Shown: positions 28,219 through 36,469 of the stretch, piece after piece
How positions within the stretch are numbered: position 1 is the stretch's first letter
Layout of the letters: every line of letters starts with the position of its first letter
Assembly (NCBI GenBank): GCA_051293835.1
Contig: JBPKMA010000001.1
Span: 309,952 to 373,951 of the forward strand
DNA: 64,000 bases
From: Nitrospiraceae bacterium
Lineage (GTDB): Bacteria > Nitrospirota > Nitrospiria > Nitrospirales > Nitrospiraceae
Direction: 5' to 3'
Made by a program: the position numbers and the translations under genes
Notes under the pieces: generated by a model
The model's database searches: none
Told to the model about the DNA's origin: nothing
What the model saw: the letters and a program-made list of their open reading frames with translations, nothing else

Positions 28219-28700
28219 AGGTTCTCGCCTCCTGCTCGCATTGCAACACAAATTCCAACACCTCCACACGGCGCTTGGCTTCCGCCACGTTTTTGCCCCA
28301 GACCTACTTGCCGTGCCAGGTCAGCAGAAACCCGTAGCCTGGTCGTTCCCGTCTGAGATGAGGCTCGCTATGAGCGACCAGCACGCACATATCTTGCGAG
28401 TTCGGTAGATCGGCAGCACGACTTCGTAGTCATGATCTTCCACGCCGTCCCGGACTTTTCTTTAAGTAAGAGTTTCCCGCCAAGCAGCTTCAGGTGTCCG
28501 AATGGGTCGACCAACCGGGACAGCAATGCAGCGGCGATCGAATGGGTATGGAACACGGCTCCGGCCCCGGCGAATGCGGTAGACCATCAGGTGCAACAAG
28601 GTTTCGCGGAAGGCGTGAGGTTGAACCTGTTCACCGGTTGATCCACGGCAGGGTGGCCCCTTCGATCAAGCAACGGTTAAAGATGGCTTGTAAAAGGGCA
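28196..28700 (-). pseudogene. mtnB: Methylthioribulose-1-phosphate dehydratase (mtnB, class II aldolase fold) pseudogene; 5' limit approximate
   Basis: The fragments ETLLHLMVY, AGAVFHTHSIAAALLS, LPI.PNSQDM and GYGFLLTWHGK-TAG-VWGKNVAEAKRRVEVLEFV lie in different frames. There is an in-frame TAG at 28306-28304 where family members have Tyr (HG.Y.WG). About 35 residues seem to be missing after the N-terminal segment. Confidence 0.7.
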
Positions 28701-28978
28701 GCCAGTACGCTGCCAAGGCAACGACTTCTGGTTGGTCGAGAGCCTATTTCGTTGCTGGAGCGAGATGTACGCTTTTTTAACGCTTGCGGGAAAGGCAACG
28801 GTTCCACCTGGAAGCAAGAGGCGGCTGAAAGTGTGATTTTTGTGACCTGGACAAGTCTGATTCGTACTCTCTTGAAACTGGGATGGTGGATTTGATTAAA
28901 TTTGGCGACAAACCGAAACCCAGCCGGACTGTTTACGGCCGGGAGAGGCATCGGATCGTTTTCCAAGGAGGATGACCG

Positions 28979-29257
28979 ATGAAGCGTCTGCTATTGTGCA
29001 GCTTGCTGATGCTGACGTTGGCCGGCTGCTCGCAGTCATCGACCTCGGAGCCTCCCAAAGTGCAAGAGAAGGCAGCTGCTTCTCAGACTGAGACGCAGAA
29101 AGACACGCAGAAGACTGAACCTGCTGCATCCGCGTCGGCAACAGCTTCTGCGTCGTCCGGAGACGCGGCTTCAGCCCCTGCCGCGCAAGGACAGCAGCAA
29201 TCTGCGAGTGCATCCGGGACGACCGCAGCTTCGCCGGAATCGTCCACCAGCAAGTAA
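28979..29257 (+). CDS. Small lipoprotein with low-complexity Ala/Ser/Thr/Gln tail
   Basis: AAGGAGG 6 nt upstream. Lipobox LTLAGCS. Tail ...AASASATASASSGDAASAPAAQGQQQSASASG... Confidence 0.7.
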   Translation: MKRLLLCSLLMLTLAGCSQSSTSEPPKVQEKAAASQTETQKDTQKTEPAASASATASASSGDAASAPAAQGQQQSASASGTTAASPESSTSK

Positions 29258-29269
29258 CGAGACGAAAGG

Positions 29270-29310
29270 GCCCGGTGCGTTGCCGTCGTAACGCCCGGGC
29301 TCTTCTCTTT
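29270..29310 (+). terminator. Rho-independent terminator after the lipoprotein gene
   Basis: GCCCGGTGCGTT / AACGCCCGGGC stem (11 bp with one bulged T), 8-nt loop, followed by TCTTCTCTTT. Confidence 0.55.
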
Positions 29311-29495
29311 GAGGCCCCTCTTTTTTGACTCCCTGAAAACCCCCATGTTATAGTCCATCTCTCCGGAGCTTCCTGCCCAAAGGGTGAGGGTGATGAGTGA
29401 GAAACGACGGGCTGCCTGTCTGCTTTCGACCTGTCGCGCCCCGGCCAGGACGCATTGCGGTCTTAAACATGGTTGAAGTTCCAGTTAAGATTTAC

Positions 29496-30833
29496 ATGAC
29501 AAATTTGTTGAAAAAGGCCAGAGAAGCGCAGCGTCCACTGGCTGTGCTCCCGACCGCGGTAAAGGACCGGGCGTTGCTAGCGATGGCGGATCGACTGGCG
29601 GCGGATGAAGAGGCCATCCTCGAAGCGAACCTACAGGACGTGGAGAATGTTGGCAAGACGCTGGAGGGAGAGACGAACAAGGATCGTGTGAAGGAAGCGG
29701 TCGAACGAGTCCGCCTCGCGCCTGATACGGTCAAGGAAATGGTCGACCGTTTAAGGAAGGTTGCGGAGTTGGCCGATCCGGTTGGTGAAGTGACAAAACG
29801 CTGGGAACAGCCGAACGGGATGCAGGTAAGTCGGGTAAGGGTGCCGATAGGCGTGATCGGCGTTATTTCGGAATATGGACCGGCCGTGACGACCGAGATG
29901 ATGGCGCTCTGCCTTAAATCGGGTAATGTTTGCGTGTTTCGTGCAGCGCCGGAATGGGGACGCACGCATCAGGTCATCGTGACCGGTCTGCGTGAGGCGG
30001 CGGAGGGAGCTGGGGTGCCGGCCGGTGCGCTGTCCTTTGTTGAGCGGCCGGATAAAGAGGCGGCACTGGAATTGATGCGAGCGACGAAGATGCTGGACGC
30101 GATCATCCCGCGCGGCGGCGCTGGTCTGCGGAAAGCGGTCATGGAACATTCCCGATTGCCGGTTCTCTGTCATGACGGCGGGGTCTGCCATATCTATATC
30201 GACGAAGAAGTGGACCTGCCGATGGCACAAAACATCGTTATCAATTCGAAGCTCCAGCAGCCATCTGCGCCGAACTCGGCCGATACCTTGCTTGTCCATC
30301 AGATGGTGGCTCGCCCTTTATTGCCGGCGTTGATTCGTCGCTTGCTCGATGAATTCAAAGTGGACGTGCTGGGCTGTCCCAAGACGTACTCGTTGATGGG
30401 CACGATGGAGATCAGCGGCCACAAGTCGGTCAGACTCGCGGCGGACGACGATTGGGGGAAGCAGTTCCTGTCCAAGACCATCGCGGTGAAGATGGTGAAG
30501 GATATGGACGAAGCCCTGGAGCATATTGCCCGGTACGGTCCGGGTCATACGGATGCGATCGTCACCAAGAACTATGACCGTGCCTTGCGCTTCGCGCGCG
30601 AAGTCGATTCTAGCGCCGTGCTCATCAATGCCTCTACGAGGCTGCACGCAGGCGATGCTTTCGGCCTGGGCGGCGAAGCCGGAATCAGTGCCTCGCGACT
30701 GCATGCCCGCGGCCCCATTGGGCTAAACGAACTGACCTGCCAGAAATATGTCGTCTTTGGGAGCGGGCAGCTCCGCCATCCTCATCCGGTGCCGGTGACC
30801 TACGAAGACGCTATCATGCTCAAGCGTTTCTGA
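29496..30833 (+). CDS. Gamma-glutamyl-phosphate-reductase (ProA) family protein lacking the catalytic cysteine
   Basis: Full-length ProA-like (GVIGVISEYGP, IPRGGAGL, GGVCHIYID, HTDAIVT, NASTR...LHARGPIGL). The nucleophile motif xxCNAxETLLV reads SAPNSADTLLV (Pro codon at 30270-30272). No proB adjacent. ATG 29496 was chosen by N-terminal alignment. Confidence 0.85.
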   Translation: MTNLLKKAREAQRPLAVLPTAVKDRALLAMADRLAADEEAILEANLQDVENVGKTLEGETNKDRVKEAVERVRLAPDTVKEMVDRLRKVAELADPVGEVTKRWEQPNGMQVSRVRVPIGVIGVISEYGPAVTTEMMALCLKSGNVCVFRAAPEWGRTHQVIVTGLREAAEGAGVPAGALSFVERPDKEAALELMRATKMLDAIIPRGGAGLRKAVMEHSRLPVLCHDGGVCHIYIDEEVDLPMAQNIVINSKLQQPSAPNSADTLLVHQMVARPLLPALIRRLLDEFKVDVLGCPKTYSLMGTMEISGHKSVRLAADDDWGKQFLSKTIAVKMVKDMDEALEHIARYGPGHTDAIVTKNYDRALRFAREVDSSAVLINASTRLHAGDAFGLGGEAGISASRLHARGPIGLNELTCQKYVVFGSGQLRHPHPVPVTYEDAIMLKRF

Positions 30834-30836
30834 ACG

Positions 30837-32051
30837 TTGCTGACCGGACTCCACAACGCGATTCTCGCTCATCTCGCCCGGTGGGGACTCCGGCGCTTTG
30901 ACTCCGACGCAGCCTATTTCCAATGGCAACGCGAGTGCCTCAGCCCGGCCGATTTGCGCCTGCTCAACGAGCGCATTGAACAGAAACGGGCGCTCGGCGC
31001 CGGTGCCGAGGAAGAAAAGTCGTTCTACGACCTTACGGCTCGTCCGCATATTATCCCCGTGCTCTACAGTCAGCGGTACGACTACTATGTCGAAATCGGA
31101 CCACGGGTGGCGTCGCGAATCGGCGACGCGCGGTCCGTGTTGGATTTCGGCTGCGGGGTCGGAATCCTGACCACGTTTTACGCCGGGCAGTTTCCCGACC
31201 GCGCGTTTCTAGGGATCGACCGGTCACCGGCCTCCATTCAGATGGCGCGCTGCCAGGCAGCCGCGCTCGGTCTCACCAATGTCCGGTTCGAGTGCGTGGA
31301 CGTTGAGGAGAGTCAGCCGGCCGGCCCGGTCGATCTGATCGTTGCGACCCATGCGTTGGTGCAGGCGGAGCGGGACCCCGGCCTTCCCAGTCAAAGCTGG
31401 CGCACGTTCGAGCGCCCGCGCGATCCTCGGCTCCAGCAGGAGTTTGAACGGAGAACCGGCGTGGGCAGAAGGCTGGATCGGCTCGTCGCCGCGTTGGCTT
31501 CGAACGGGCGGATGATTGTGTTTGAGAAAACCAGAACCTTGGCTCGGCGGATTCCGTTTCAGCGCGCGCTGGCGGCGCGTGGCCTAAGTCTTTTGGAACC
31601 GCCCGAACCGATCCGGTATCGGCTAGTCGAAGAAATCGCCGATGATGGGCCATTTTATGTCTTGGGGCGAGGGCCGTTCTGGGACGCTGGATCGACAGCG
31701 GTCGCCTGGGATGAATTGCCGGAACCGGACGAGGCTCCCGTATTCGATATCACCGGCCGAAGCGGAATCGTGCGGCCGGCAGATGAACCGCTCTACGAAA
31801 ACCATTGGCCGTCGGCTCAGCGGGTCTGGAACCAGCTTCAAGAGCGGCAGATCCTGAAGGAATGCACGACTCAGGAGCCGGACGGGCGTGAGTTCCATGT
31901 CGAGCTGGGACGGGCGGGATCGATAGCATACGTGTACTGTGCCAATACCTTCGATCAGCGGCAGATCGTGATCGTCGAATCTCAACGTGCGGAGCTGGTG
32001 GAAGCCTACTACAACGAAATCGTCGCAGGGATAGGCACCCATCACGTGTGA
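30837..32051 (+). CDS. Class I SAM-dependent methyltransferase with ~200-aa unknown C-terminal domain
   Basis: Motif I VLDFGCGVGILT, then FLGIDRSP and DLIVATHAL. The first possible start is TTG 30837, with no ATG or Shine-Dalgarno. Same reading frame as the ProA-like gene, separated by TGA-ACG. Confidence 0.75.
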   Translation: MLTGLHNAILAHLARWGLRRFDSDAAYFQWQRECLSPADLRLLNERIEQKRALGAGAEEEKSFYDLTARPHIIPVLYSQRYDYYVEIGPRVASRIGDARSVLDFGCGVGILTTFYAGQFPDRAFLGIDRSPASIQMARCQAAALGLTNVRFECVDVEESQPAGPVDLIVATHALVQAERDPGLPSQSWRTFERPRDPRLQQEFERRTGVGRRLDRLVAALASNGRMIVFEKTRTLARRIPFQRALAARGLSLLEPPEPIRYRLVEEIADDGPFYVLGRGPFWDAGSTAVAWDELPEPDEAPVFDITGRSGIVRPADEPLYENHWPSAQRVWNQLQERQILKECTTQEPDGREFHVELGRAGSIAYVYCANTFDQRQIVIVESQRAELVEAYYNEIVAGIGTHHV

Positions 32052-32081
32052 CGTACGGGGCAAGACCACGTTGACTCACCC

Positions 32082-32111
32082 TTGACCTGGCAGTTGAACG
32101 GCGCATAGAAT
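32082..32111 (+). promoter_or_regulatory. Sigma70-like promoter ahead of the tandem radical SAM genes
   Basis: TTGACC (32082-32087), 18-nt spacer, TAGAAT (32106-32111), about 80 nt upstream of ATG 32191, which has GAGGAGGA upstream. Confidence 0.45.
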
Positions 32112-32190
32112 TGGCATAATTTTCGCTAAGTTCTTGAACTCCTGATGAATTTCGATTCCTTCTGGGGGTGTTGAGGAGGAACAGCCAGCC

Positions 32191-34077
32191 ATGAGAATCG
32201 AATATTCCAAAGGCCAACGGGCGAGCACGGAACTGATCCAGCTTCACCGGCGCTCGTCGGCCGCGGCTGGCGGACGAAAGATGAAGGTCCTGCTGATTTT
32301 CCCCCCGGACTGGTACCCCTCCGAACCCTATCTGAGCTTGCCCACTCTGACCGCCGTCCTTCGTGCTGCTGGGCACACGGTGATCCAAAAAGATGTGAAC
32401 CTCGAGATGTACGACTGGTATTTCAGCGAGGATTTTCTCAAGCGCGTGCTTCGCAAGGTACCCCAACAGCTCGATCGGCTGAGGAAACTGGCGAAGAGGC
32501 GAGAGTTGGAGGAATGGGAGGTGGACCTCCAGCTTGCGTTGTGCGATTTGACCCGTCAGCGGATCGCCGAGCTGACTGACAAGGCGGAGCGGGCCAAGCG
32601 GATCGTGCGCGGCGAGGATTTTTATGACATCGACAAGCTGGAATGGGCTATCAACACATTTCGGGAAATCACTGCGGCGATCTCGCTGGTCTATGCCCCG
32701 GCGCGGATCTGCATGCCCCCGATGGAGACCGATCTTTCCTATAAGGTTTTCATGTCGTCCGAGGTGATGGATGCGGTGCGCGACACGCAGGTGAACGTCT
32801 ATCGAGATGTGTTTGATCACCTGGTCAAGCCGACCATCGAAGCCGAACGACCCGACGTGGTCGGAGTTTCGATCGTGCTCCAACAGCAGCTTTTCTCGTC
32901 GATGACGTTCTGCGCCCTGATCAAGGAACAGTTTCCGCAGATCCACGTCACGATCGGCGGCAATACGGTGACGCGGCTGCGTGATGTCCTGCCCGGTTCG
33001 CCGCTGTTCGCGTTCTTCGACAGCGCGGTGATCTACGAAGGAGAGACGGCGTTTTTGCAACTGGTCGAGGCGGTGGGTGCCGGACGAGATCTGGGCGGCA
33101 TCCCGAACCTGATCTATCGTGATGCAGCCGGAGTGCACACTTCGCCGCTGACGTATGCGGAAGACTTGGGCTCGCTCCCTCCACCCGATTTCGACGGTCT
33201 GCCGCTGGAGAAGTATTTCGTGCCGGACCGCATTCTGCCGTACCTGGCTACGCGCGGTTGTTACTGGGGCCGCTGCGAGTTCTGCGATCACGGCGAAGGT
33301 TACACCGCCGGCTTTCGGACGAAGAAGATTGAGCAGATCATCGAGGATATTCGGTTCCTCAAAACGAAATATCACACCCGCCATTTCCACTTTACCGACG
33401 AATCCTATCCGCCGGCGCTCTTCCGAAAACTGGCCCGCCGGCTGGTCGAGACCAAGATGGACATCCTCTGGACGACCCACATGCGGTTTGAGAAGAGCTT
33501 ACTTGACGAAGCGGTGTGGCGAGACGCACGGGATTCCGGGTGCCGGTATCTCCACTTTGGCTATGAATCGGGGAGTGAACGGGTGCTCAAATTGATGGAC
33601 AAGGCCACGACGACGGATGTGATCAAGCGGCACTTGGAACTGTCCGCCGGGGTGGGAATCTGGAACCATGTGATGGGGTTCTTCGGATTTCCGGGGGAGA
33701 CGCGGGAGGAGGCCTGGCAGTCGGTTCGATTCCTGGAGGACAACAAGGCGTATGTCCATTCGCTCGGTTTCGGAACCTTCGACTTGAGCAAACACACTCC
33801 TGTCGCGAAGCACCCGGAAAAGTGGGGTGTGACTCCTTACAAGAATCCGGACTGGGACTTGGCGCTGGATTATTATTACACTGTGCGCGAAGGGCTCAGC
33901 GTTGAAGAGGCAGAGCGGGTGTTCGAAGAGTTTGAGCGCAATCATTATCCGGGGTGGGACCTGCGCATCTTCATCCGGGAGTACGTCTTTCTCTATATCG
34001 CCCGGTTTGGGCTGAGCAAACGGCCGGCCCTCCAGTTCAATCCGGATCGCATTCCTGCCGGGACGGCATCGAGTTAG
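32191..34077 (+). CDS. B12-binding-domain radical SAM protein, paralogue 1 (function unknown)
   Basis: 628 aa. Rossmann-like KVLLIFPPDWYPSEPYLSLP...PDVVGVSIV...IHVTIGGN. Cluster loop LPYLATRGCYWGRCEFCDHG. FHFTDESYPP, YLHFGYESGSERVL. Confidence 0.85.
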   Translation: MRIEYSKGQRASTELIQLHRRSSAAAGGRKMKVLLIFPPDWYPSEPYLSLPTLTAVLRAAGHTVIQKDVNLEMYDWYFSEDFLKRVLRKVPQQLDRLRKLAKRRELEEWEVDLQLALCDLTRQRIAELTDKAERAKRIVRGEDFYDIDKLEWAINTFREITAAISLVYAPARICMPPMETDLSYKVFMSSEVMDAVRDTQVNVYRDVFDHLVKPTIEAERPDVVGVSIVLQQQLFSSMTFCALIKEQFPQIHVTIGGNTVTRLRDVLPGSPLFAFFDSAVIYEGETAFLQLVEAVGAGRDLGGIPNLIYRDAAGVHTSPLTYAEDLGSLPPPDFDGLPLEKYFVPDRILPYLATRGCYWGRCEFCDHGEGYTAGFRTKKIEQIIEDIRFLKTKYHTRHFHFTDESYPPALFRKLARRLVETKMDILWTTHMRFEKSLLDEAVWRDARDSGCRYLHFGYESGSERVLKLMDKATTTDVIKRHLELSAGVGIWNHVMGFFGFPGETREEAWQSVRFLEDNKAYVHSLGFGTFDLSKHTPVAKHPEKWGVTPYKNPDWDLALDYYYTVREGLSVEEAERVFEEFERNHYPGWDLRIFIREYVFLYIARFGLSKRPALQFNPDRIPAGTASS

Positions 34078-34087
34078 AGTTAAGGCG

Positions 34088-36040
34088 ATGAGCCATCTGA
34101 TTCAGATCGAAGGAGTGGGCACCCGGCGGAGGAGCGGCCGCAAGCTCAAGACCATGCTTTTGTTCCCGCCGGAGTGGGTGCCGACCGCGCCTTACCTGGC
34201 CTTACCCTGCCTGGCCGCCGTCCTTCGCGAGCACGGGCACGAGGTCATCCAGAAAGACGTCAATATCGAGATGTACAATCACTTCTTCAGCGATATGTTC
34301 CTTATCTGGATTAAAGCCAGGATGGGCATGCAGTTGAAGGAGCTGGAAGCCAAGGAGCAGGCAGGATGGTTGACTGACCAGGAGGCGGATCAGAAGGCCT
34401 GTTTGGAGGCCAAGGCCTCGATCGATGTGTTGGAACTGGCGGAACGGGCCGAGCGGGCGAAGCGCATCGTCCATAGCGAGGAGTTTTACGATGCTGACAA
34501 GTTGGAGTGGGCGCTGAACACGTTCCGCGAGGTGATGCAGTACATTTCTGCTGCGTACTACCCGGCGTCGTTGGTGTTCTACCCGATGGAGAGCAACCTG
34601 GGTTACCGGCCTGGCGTGTCCAAGGAGGTCTTTGCCTGTCTCGACGACGACCAGGTGAATGTCTATCGCGATGTCTGTCGGCAACTGGTCTTGCCGGTCG
34701 TCGGCAGGGAGTTGCCAGAGGTAGTGGGCGTCTCGATCGGGACGCAAATGCAACTGCTGGCTGGTCTGACCATTTGCAAAATGATCAAAGAAGCGTTCCC
34801 GCAAATCCACGTCGTGGTGGGCGGCAACGTCATTACGAGATTACAGGAAGAATTGCCGAAGCATGAGCGGTTTTTCACCGAAGTGTTCGATTCGGCGATT
34901 CTGTATGAGGGCGAGCACGCTTTGCTCTGGCTACTCGAAGCGCTGAGCGGAGAACGGGATCTGGCTTCGGTACCGAACCTCATCTATCGCGACGGGCAGG
35001 GGATTCGGACGAGCCAAGAGATCTATACGGAGCGGATGACGGCCCTGCCCTTGCCAGACTTCGACGGCTTGCCTCTGGACAGCTATTTTGTGCCGGTGCG
35101 CATCCTGCCTTATCTCGCGACCAGAGGCTGCTATTGGGGGCGGTGCACGTTCTGCGATCACGGGCAGGGTTATTTCGACCAATATCGGGGGAGGCCGGCG
35201 CATCTTGTTGTGCAGCAGCTCAAGGCGTTAAAGGACAAATATCGCTGCGAACATTTTCTGTTCTCCGACGAATCCTATCCGCCCGCGCTCTTTAAGAAGG
35301 TCACGCAACTACTGGTTGAGCAGAACGTCGGCATCAAGTGGACGACGCTGATCCGTTTCGAGGAAACGCTGCAGGACCCGGAGATCTGGAAGCTGGCCGC
35401 AAAATCCGGATGCTGCACGCTCTATTACGGGATGGAATCGGCTAACGAGCGCGTGCTGAACTTGATGGACAAGCACGTCAAAAAGAGCGTCATCGCGCAC
35501 AATCTGAAAGAAGCAGCCAAGGCGGGTATCTGGAACCACGTGATGGCTTTTTATGGGTTTCCCGGCGAGACCCGCGAGGAGGCGCTGGAGACCAGGCAGT
35601 TTATTCTCGACAACCAGCCGTACATTCATTCGGTCGAGCTCTTCTATTTTGTTGCCTATCGCCATACGCCGGTGGTCAGGAACCCAGAGAAATTCGGCAT
35701 CACCATTCACAAACAGGAGGAGTACGACCTTCCGCTGGATTACTATTACACCTTGAACGAGCCGGGTGGACTTTCCTGCCTCGATGCGATGCAGCTCTGC
35801 GAGGAGTTTTATCGAAATGATTTCCAGCCCTGGGCTGTTCGGGTGAACGCCCGCGAGCACGTCTTTCTTTATATCTCCAAGTATGGCACCAACCGGTTGC
35901 CGCAGATCTACGCGCAGCGAAAAGAGGGCGCCGCGGACAGCGTCTCCGGGCTGGTAACCTGGCCGGTTGCATTGGGCGAGGGCGAAGGGAAGGCCGGCGA
36001 ACCATCGATGACCCGGGTGGTTAGCCACGCGGTGTCATGA
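34088..36040 (+). CDS. B12-binding-domain radical SAM protein, paralogue 2 (function unknown)
   Basis: 650 aa, collinear with paralogue 1 (about half the positions identical by eye). LPYLATRGCYWGRCTFCDHG, FLFSDESYPP, LYYGMESANERVL. Confidence 0.85.
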   Translation: MSHLIQIEGVGTRRRSGRKLKTMLLFPPEWVPTAPYLALPCLAAVLREHGHEVIQKDVNIEMYNHFFSDMFLIWIKARMGMQLKELEAKEQAGWLTDQEADQKACLEAKASIDVLELAERAERAKRIVHSEEFYDADKLEWALNTFREVMQYISAAYYPASLVFYPMESNLGYRPGVSKEVFACLDDDQVNVYRDVCRQLVLPVVGRELPEVVGVSIGTQMQLLAGLTICKMIKEAFPQIHVVVGGNVITRLQEELPKHERFFTEVFDSAILYEGEHALLWLLEALSGERDLASVPNLIYRDGQGIRTSQEIYTERMTALPLPDFDGLPLDSYFVPVRILPYLATRGCYWGRCTFCDHGQGYFDQYRGRPAHLVVQQLKALKDKYRCEHFLFSDESYPPALFKKVTQLLVEQNVGIKWTTLIRFEETLQDPEIWKLAAKSGCCTLYYGMESANERVLNLMDKHVKKSVIAHNLKEAAKAGIWNHVMAFYGFPGETREEALETRQFILDNQPYIHSVELFYFVAYRHTPVVRNPEKFGITIHKQEEYDLPLDYYYTLNEPGGLSCLDAMQLCEEFYRNDFQPWAVRVNAREHVFLYISKYGTNRLPQIYAQRKEGAADSVSGLVTWPVALGEGEGKAGEPSMTRVVSHAVS

Positions 36041-36062
36041 GCAAGGAGCCGATAGCAAATAG

Positions 36063-36083
36063 CTGGCAACGAATGATTGCCAG
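36063..36083. terminator. Short hairpin between convergent genes (possible bidirectional terminator element)
   Basis: CTGGCAA-cgaatga-TTGCCAG (7-bp stem, 7-nt loop) between the radical SAM paralogue 2 stop and the J-like gene stop. No clear U-tract. Confidence 0.3.
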
Positions 36084-36146
36084 TGGAAGGCAACCAGGGA
36101 AACTGATTCTCGTTGGGCTCGGCACTCCGTTACGCGCTTTCCGCGG

Positions 36147-36386
36147 TCAGCGTTGGGATGACAGCCAATTGCTCAGCAGTTGGTAGGCTGCCTCGATCTG
36201 TTTTGTCATTGTTTCGGCTTTTTTGTACATCTGCATATACTTGCGCGGATTGTTGGTCAGGTTGGCATACCGATGGGGATGCCAGAGGTGCAGCAGTTCC
36301 TGGTATCTCCGATCGAGCAGCTCGCGCGTGACCGGCAACGAGAGATCGAACATTTCCAACGCGCGATCGAGGTCCGATTGCTCCAT
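36147..36386 (-). CDS. Small J-domain-like protein with HPH in place of HPD
   Basis: 79 aa. ALEMFDLSLPVTRELLDRRYQELLHLWHPHRYANL...IEAAYQLLSN follows the helix II - loop - helix III pattern of J domains, but the loop tripeptide is HPH. Confidence 0.6.
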   Translation of the reverse strand: MEQSDLDRALEMFDLSLPVTRELLDRRYQELLHLWHPHRYANLTNNPRKYMQMYKKAETMTKQIEAAYQLLSNWLSSQR

Positions 36387-36469
36387 GGCGTGACGGATTC
36401 AAGCGTCTGGCGGCCGTCGTCGCGCCGCCCGTCGGTGAGTGTGACAAAGAGCCGGAAACTCTGTCAATC

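Noticed and set aside
27068-28700. Programmed ribosomal frameshifting, or plain sequencing error, as the explanation for the broken mtn genes
   Set aside because: There are too many disruptions (at least six frame changes, a nonsense codon and an internal deletion) across three consecutive genes, while flanking genes are intact. I saw no slippery heptamers at the junctions. Read-level confirmation is still recommended.
28979-29257. Ala/Ser/Thr-rich 92-aa ORF as a possible RiPP precursor for the nearby radical SAM enzymes
   Set aside because: It has a classical lipoprotein signal peptide and lipobox (LTLAGCS) and its own terminator. It is separated from the radical SAM genes by two genes and a promoter. 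A disordered lipoprotein tail is the simpler reading.
30831-30833. The TGA between the ProA-like and methyltransferase ORFs as a selenocysteine codon
   Set aside because: I saw no obvious SECIS-like hairpin in the 40 nt downstream, and the position corresponds to no known selenoprotein family. It is retained only as a readthrough or split-gene question in the findings.
31750-33480. 576-aa ORF on the minus strand, the longest unexplained ORF in the track
   Set aside because: It lies antisense to the methyltransferase 3' end and radical SAM paralogue 1, both of which carry clear family motifs. Its own translation is Arg/Gly/Pro-rich with no motifs, the typical shadow ORF of GC-rich coding DNA.
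36073-36186. 37-aa ORF (MIASGRQPGKLILVG...) just after radical SAM paralogue 2 as a candidate precursor peptide
   Set aside because: It has no RBS, overlaps the 3' end of the J-like gene on the opposite strand, and starts inside the inter-gene hairpin. It has no leader/core features.
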